From: Oligoflexales bacterium
Lineage (GTDB): Bacteria > Bdellovibrionota_B > Oligoflexia > Oligoflexales > Bog-1112
Length of the DNA: 22,157 nt
Reading direction: 5' to 3'
Assembly (NCBI GenBank): GCA_045105515.1
Contig: JBGCDR010000394.1
Location: 1-22,157 of the forward strand
Shown: positions 17,623-22,157 of the stretch, in pieces
Position numbering within the stretch: position 1 is the first letter of the stretch
Layout of the letters: every line of letters starts with the position of its first letter
The notes under the pieces: model-generated
Told to the model about the DNA's origin: nothing
The model's input: the letters and a program-made list of their open reading frames with translations, nothing else
Databases searched by the model: none
Program-made: the position numbers and the translations under genes

Positions 17623-18176
17623 GTCTTTCCGAGTGAAATCGAGGAATTTCCTACAAGAGCCAAAACTCATGGGGATTTCTCCAATCGCAAAAGCTCAGTC
17701 GAAATGACCTGGTTTTCGCTAAGCCGGTGGTCATCTAGCAAAGGTAGTCATTCCGAGTGAAATCGAGGAATCTCCTACAAATACCAAAACTCATAGGGAT
17801 TTCTCCAATCGCAAAAGCTCAGTCGAAATGACCTGGTTTTCGCTAAAACGGTGGTCATCTAGCAAAGGGAGTCATTCCGAGTGAAATCGAGGAATTTCCT
17901 ACAAAAGCCAAAACTCATGGGGATTTCTCTAATCGCAAAAGCTCAGTCGAAATGACCTGGTTTTCGCTAAGCCGGTGGTCATCTAGCAAAGGGAGTCATT
18001 CCGAGTGAAATCGAGGAATCTCCTTCTCCAATCGCAAAGTTTCTTTAAAGGACCTGGATTTCGCTAAAACGGTGGTCATCTAGCAAAGGTAGTCATTCCG
18101 AGTGAAATCGAGGAATCTCCTACAAATATCAACACTCATAGGGATTTCTCCAATCGCAAAGCTCATTCTAAAGGAC
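17623..18176. repeat. Tandem array of five palindromic REP/MITE-like units (86-bp core + 38-bp linker, 124-bp period)
   Basis: Cores start at 17623, 17747, 17871, 17995 and 18092. Core ends GTCATTCCGA..TCGAAATGAC form an inverted repeat with one mismatch. Unit 4 has an internal deletion. Confidence 0.95.
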
Positions 18177-18333
18177 CTGTTTCTAAACGTAAGAACCTCA
18201 ATATTGAAGCTTTTTGATTTATTACCTACCGATTTTATCAATATAATTAATCGTATATATTCTTTCATAAATAAATGAATCCCAATCGTCGATAAGTATC
18301 ACCATACAACACGAGAAAAAATTGGGAGATTTC

Positions 18334-19104
18334 ATGTTAAACAAAATGAGTTTTGTATTGGGTATTATTTTAATTTTAATAGGTGTAGTAGGCTGCGGAA
18401 AAGATACTTTTCGTCAAGTCTCAAAAGACAGTTCAGCAGCTACTAGTGAGAATCTAGAAGCTAAAGCAGATGGAGCGAATCAAAATCAAGAGGAAGCTAA
18501 CTCATCTACAACAATCAAAGATGATAAAGATTCCAAAGATGAAGGTGACGACGAAGAAGACGAAAAAAAATCAGAGCACACTAATGGTACCATTATCAAT
18601 GTAGACAGTGCTGATGAGTTGAATGACTCAATTATGTTGAGCAGCTGGATCAGGCTTGGTGATAAAATGGAAGACGGTGGATTATTCACTCCTACTGACG
18701 AAAAAAATGATGACTGTGCTACTGGTCAATTAGATGCTCCTGAACAGCATAAACTACTTACTCCAGGGCTGCATGTATTAGAAACATCTGCCTTTAAAAT
18801 CACTCTAACAGAAATCTGTGGTGTTGATTATGAGGGTGCCAGAATAGAGCTGCTAGATAATAATGGTGATGTCGTCATTGGTTCGGATATCCCAGTAGGA
18901 ACAAGCGAGTTTAAATTTCCTCCTGATATTGTAACTGACAATGGAGCAACAACAGAGTCTGCGATCTTCTTAACGAAGGGAGTTTATTCACTCAAAATAA
19001 ATGCAGGTGTAAAGAATTATTTTCTAAATAAGGATACGGATGCCTATTCTATTGGATCAGTAGTGATGGATTATTACGGATCTGTCAATGTTTCTTATGA
19101 CTAA
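18334..19104 (+). CDS. Hypothetical lipoprotein with an acidic linker and a beta-rich C-terminal domain
   Basis: GGAGA RBS, ATG at 18334, lipobox VVGC and a DDKDSKDEGDDEEDE linker. Confidence 0.8.
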   Translation: MLNKMSFVLGIILILIGVVGCGKDTFRQVSKDSSAATSENLEAKADGANQNQEEANSSTTIKDDKDSKDEGDDEEDEKKSEHTNGTIINVDSADELNDSIMLSSWIRLGDKMEDGGLFTPTDEKNDDCATGQLDAPEQHKLLTPGLHVLETSAFKITLTEICGVDYEGARIELLDNNGDVVIGSDIPVGTSEFKFPPDIVTDNGATTESAIFLTKGVYSLKINAGVKNYFLNKDTDAYSIGSVVMDYYGSVNVSYD

Positions 19105-19137
19105 CCGTAATATCCGCCTTTCTAAACAAGCTTTTCT

Positions 19138-19168
19138 CGGTAGGTCTCAAGACCTACTGTTTATTTTT
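19138..19168 (+). terminator. Intrinsic terminator
   Basis: CGGTAGGTC-TCAA-GACCTACTG stem followed by TTTATTTTT, 33 nt after the lipoprotein stop. Confidence 0.75.
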
Positions 19169-19585
19169 ACTCCATAAGAAAACAAGATTTGCGATAGTAT
19201 TTTTTATAAAACTAGTAATTATGAAGCTTTCTTTTATTGGGTGATGTAGTTTCTGAGATCTTGAGAAACGCAGATTTGGTTAAAGATCTAAGATACCTAA
19301 AACCCTATTCTGGCAGATTTTTAAGATAAAACGAGACCCATTTTTGACTACGGTAAATTTTTAGCAGCCAAAATGATTTATAGATAATTTACTTAAAAAT
19401 GTGATAATTTATGCTCAAAATTGAGGTGAACGTATGATTGAATAGAATCAAGAAATGAACTTAAAAACTAAGCAAGATAAAATTATGTTGTGTTATGTCC
19501 TCTGGAAAAATTACAGCTTTAGATTAAATTTATTCGGTTGAAAGTGATAGGCATCTATTCGTAAGGTGTATGAATACTAACAAAT

Positions 19586-20881
19586 TTAAAGGCGAGAAAG
19601 GCTTGCTAAGTGGGTATTCAGTCCTGTTTGGGTCCCATTACCTCCGAGTTTTACAATCTCATTGACTGTATTTTGTGGGGCACCGGCCATCGAGGCTAAA
19701 AAAGACCAAAAAGCAGCAACATTGGGAGTAGAATTTGCAATGTCACCTCTTTGATTAACATTTGCTGTGGAACCCGTTTTTATATTCTTTGAAAAGACCG
19801 TTGCAGCCAATCCCGTTCCATGTCCTGACTTTGGTGCTGTTCGACAAAAATCTCCGACGATTGCAACGACAACATTTTTGTTTGCAAATTGGGGAAGGGG
19901 GTCAATATTGTTGTCAGGATCTCCAAATACTCGGCTTATAAAAACTTCTAGTGCTGGGATGACTTCTGTGCGCATTTTTCTAATTGCTAAGTTCATTTTC
20001 GGGTCCCCATGGGTATCCCAGTCAGGTTGGCGACATAAAGTCACATTAGTATTGGAAAGCATCAGCAACTCTGCGCAGGCTAATTGTGAGGCCAGTGAGG
20101 CCTTACTAACTAGCTTGTTGTTTAAGCTATAAGCATTTAATAGTTCCTGTGGATTCAAGGTTTGAATGGGTTGTCTAAGAGTTTCGATACCGGAACTTAA
20201 ACCATTGCCAAAGGTGGCTAACTGCGAGTTTGCCTGCAAGTTTGCCATTGACAGTTTTTCTGCAGCGGTAAGTACTTGGGTAGTGAACTCACGGCTTGGG
20301 GGGGTATAAGGACCTGGAACGGCACCGCCTAAAGCTTCGATCAGACCATCCATATCACTAACTTTTTGCAACGAAGTCCCGTTAAGGTTCCCCGCTTTAG
20401 GGATACTTGAACCCCCGCCGTCAGTAAAAGCAAACTTTATCGAACCTGGTCCGCCCATTCCTGAGGCAAGATGATGAAGAACGCTCAAATTTTTTTGCAC
20501 CATAAATAGCTGGGCTCTAGCTCCAGGGTGTGAAGATTGACCATGCTGTAAACCAACAGTGCCAGTATAGTTTTGCAGAACTGATGCAGATAACCGATCA
20601 AAGCTATTGTGCATCGTCAAGCCATTACCAAGCTTCATCATATTGTTGTCAGTGATTCCACCGAAATCACGGTTAAGAAAGGATCTTGCACTACTGAAGC
20701 TTGCACTGTAACCCCCATGAAGCTGGATAATCACCACATGATTATTTTGCTTCCCAGCACCTTGCGCTAAGGCTGAAGGGCTAAATAGATTGCTAAACGG
20801 GCTTAGCCCCCCCAAGGATAAGGCTCCCAAGCTACTACTAGAAAGCTTAATCGCTTCTCTTCTTGATAATTTCTTATTCAT
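19586..20881 (-). CDS. Tat-exported DUF1501-like protein
   Basis: Twin-arginine signal LSRREAIK, IQLHGG, DWDTHG and GDFCRT..GH motifs. GGGGAA RBS. Confidence 0.8.
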   Translation of the reverse strand: MNKKLSRREAIKLSSSSLGALSLGGLSPFSNLFSPSALAQGAGKQNNHVVIIQLHGGYSASFSSARSFLNRDFGGITDNNMMKLGNGLTMHNSFDRLSASVLQNYTGTVGLQHGQSSHPGARAQLFMVQKNLSVLHHLASGMGGPGSIKFAFTDGGGSSIPKAGNLNGTSLQKVSDMDGLIEALGGAVPGPYTPPSREFTTQVLTAAEKLSMANLQANSQLATFGNGLSSGIETLRQPIQTLNPQELLNAYSLNNKLVSKASLASQLACAELLMLSNTNVTLCRQPDWDTHGDPKMNLAIRKMRTEVIPALEVFISRVFGDPDNNIDPLPQFANKNVVVAIVGDFCRTAPKSGHGTGLAATVFSKNIKTGSTANVNQRGDIANSTPNVAAFWSFLASMAGAPQNTVNEIVKLGGNGTQTGLNTHLASLSRL

Positions 20882-20893
20882 ATTATTTCCCCC

Positions 20894-21676
20894 TTAATAC
20901 CCTACAAATCCCGATGAAGTTAATATGGAAGCAAATGCGTAGGCCCATTTTTGCATCGTATTGATTTCAACTTTTGTCGAAGTAATTTCTACACATGTTG
21001 CTAGTTGCTCGGCTGAAGGAGTCCGGCTCCAAGCCTTCAGAGCAAAGGAACGACATATCTCTCTTGCCGGCTTATCTACGATCACATCTGGGTCATTTTC
21101 AATAAACTTTAAAGCAGCTTCGTAGGAAATATTGAAACTAGCTATGACTGTCAAACTGCTTCTCTCTGGCTCGGTAAACCACCTGTTAGGGGGGGGAGCA
21201 AACCGATTTCGAGAGGCAGCCAGAGATTCTGGAATAACACCAGTAACCCTTTGGTATTCATCTGCTAGTACCCCAAATGGTTTAATCCGCATCCGATCCG
21301 GTTTGGCTGCCTCTCCATCTATCCTGTCAAGCCCCAGCTTACGTTTTCCAAAACCAAGATATTCCTGAGCTTGTTCAAGGTCCTCTTGGTCTTTGTTACC
21401 AGGCTTTTGGGTTTGATCGTTCTGTTTACCACCCTCATCACCTTGCTTATCATCCTTGCTGTCGTTGTTATTCATATCCTCAATGTGCTTATTATTGCTA
21501 TCTCCGTTACCCTCATTGTCAGAAGGAGAGCCATTTTTTTCATCAAAAATCTGAGCATCTGCATTGTTATTGTTGTTTCCATCTTGAAACACATTATCAT
21601 CACCTTTTTTCTTATCATCTAAACAAGCTGTAGAAGTAAAAAATACTATAGTGATTAAAAAATATTTTAAATTCAT
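20894..21676 (-). CDS. Lipoprotein with an N/D-rich linker and a helical C-terminal domain typical of DUF1501-cluster partners
   Basis: Lipobox TSTAC, low-complexity linker and ..KAWSRTPSAEQL..WAYAFASILTSSGFVGY end. Lies 12 nt from the DUF1501 gene. Confidence 0.75.
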   Translation of the reverse strand: MNLKYFLITIVFFTSTACLDDKKKGDDNVFQDGNNNNNADAQIFDEKNGSPSDNEGNGDSNNKHIEDMNNNDSKDDKQGDEGGKQNDQTQKPGNKDQEDLEQAQEYLGFGKRKLGLDRIDGEAAKPDRMRIKPFGVLADEYQRVTGVIPESLAASRNRFAPPPNRWFTEPERSSLTVIASFNISYEAALKFIENDPDVIVDKPAREICRSFALKAWSRTPSAEQLATCVEITSTKVEINTMQKWAYAFASILTSSGFVGY

Positions 21677-21687
21677 ACCCTAAACCC

Positions 21688-22047
21688 TTATTGGCAAAAA
21701 CTCTTGTCTTTTGCAATCGTAGCAAGAGCGTCTTGAATCATTCCTGAATTCTTAAATCTTTGCATGCATTGATCGAAAAGCATTGCTTCTTTTTTTGTTT
21801 CGAAACGACCATAGAGAAATTTAAAGCTAAGCCTACAACTATTGAAGGCAAATTCATCGGAATTTACCATGGCTTCGATTAATTCCTTGTCATTTTTTGC
21901 TAGAAATTCACCTAATACCTCTTTAGAGGTGTTGTCAGATGCGATATAGCTGATATTCATATCTTCATCCCTCTGCACCCTGGATAAAACAGAAGCGATT
22001 TTATCTAAGGCAAACCACAGGGTTGATTCAAGTAAGCTTTTAACCAA
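21688..22047 (-). pseudogene. Probable C-terminal remnant of the upstream gene of the DUF1501 cluster
   Basis: Protein-like 3' part (WFALDKIA..LYGRFE..FDQC..IQDAL..DKSFCQ) spaced 11 nt from the next gene. TTG start without an RBS or signal peptide, and an in-frame TGA seven codons upstream. Confidence 0.5.
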
Positions 22048-22157
22048 ATTTTGAAGTACGTTAAAATGGGTTCAGCATATTTTTTTAACAAAATTTTTGT
22101 TGTCAAAAATATTTGAGATGTATTTTTTTGACTATTCAAGCATAATCTAACAATGGC

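Noticed and set aside
17623..18176. CRISPR array
   Set aside because: The segments between repeats are near-identical rather than unique spacers, the period is 124 bp, and no cas genes are in the window.
18080..18268. 62-aa minus-strand ORF
   Set aside because: It runs through the last repeat unit and AT-rich intergenic DNA and has no recognisable features.
19170..19585. Long AT-rich gap between convergent genes
   Set aside because: No ORF, repeat or convincing stem could be identified by eye beyond the terminator.
1830..21622. Short overlapping or antisense ORFs in the track (e.g. 1830, 1993, 2982, 6169, 7011, 7198, 8627, 9792, 10824, 11136, 11869, 12320, 12977, 13047, 13313, 13435, 15002, 15747, 16420, 16908, 18486, 19767, 21132, 21371)
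   Set aside because: All overlap well-supported genes and lack motifs, as expected for shadow ORFs.

Overview
An AT-rich bacterial chromosomal window of mostly housekeeping and envelope genes. The many lipoproteins, single-domain and pseudo receiver proteins and a Tat/DUF1501-type cluster suggest Bdellovibrionota/Oligoflexia (inference only). Left to right: a disrupted zinc metalloprotease gene split across two frames, a multi-TM protein, a LasT/TrmJ-family SPOUT methyltransferase, a candidate ~160-nt structured RNA, an unknown 2-TM protein coupled to a Na/Pi cotransporter, a DUF983-like protein, a Spy/CpxP + OmpR-family regulator + histidine kinase module, a K+ channel, three paralogous small lipoproteins with a CheY-like receiver, two small ORFs plus a YegD-type Hsp70, a pseudo-receiver protein, a YbhP-like EEP hydrolase, a CxxCH lipoprotein, a five-unit tandem array of 124-bp palindromic GTCATTCCGAG-type repeats, another lipoprotein, and the 3' part of a minus-strand DUF1501-type cluster whose first gene looks 5'-truncated. 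The best non-obvious signals are the ordered palindromic repeat array (17623-18176) and the switch-capable structured RNA candidate (3487-3646). No CRISPR array, tRNA, rRNA or transposase was found.
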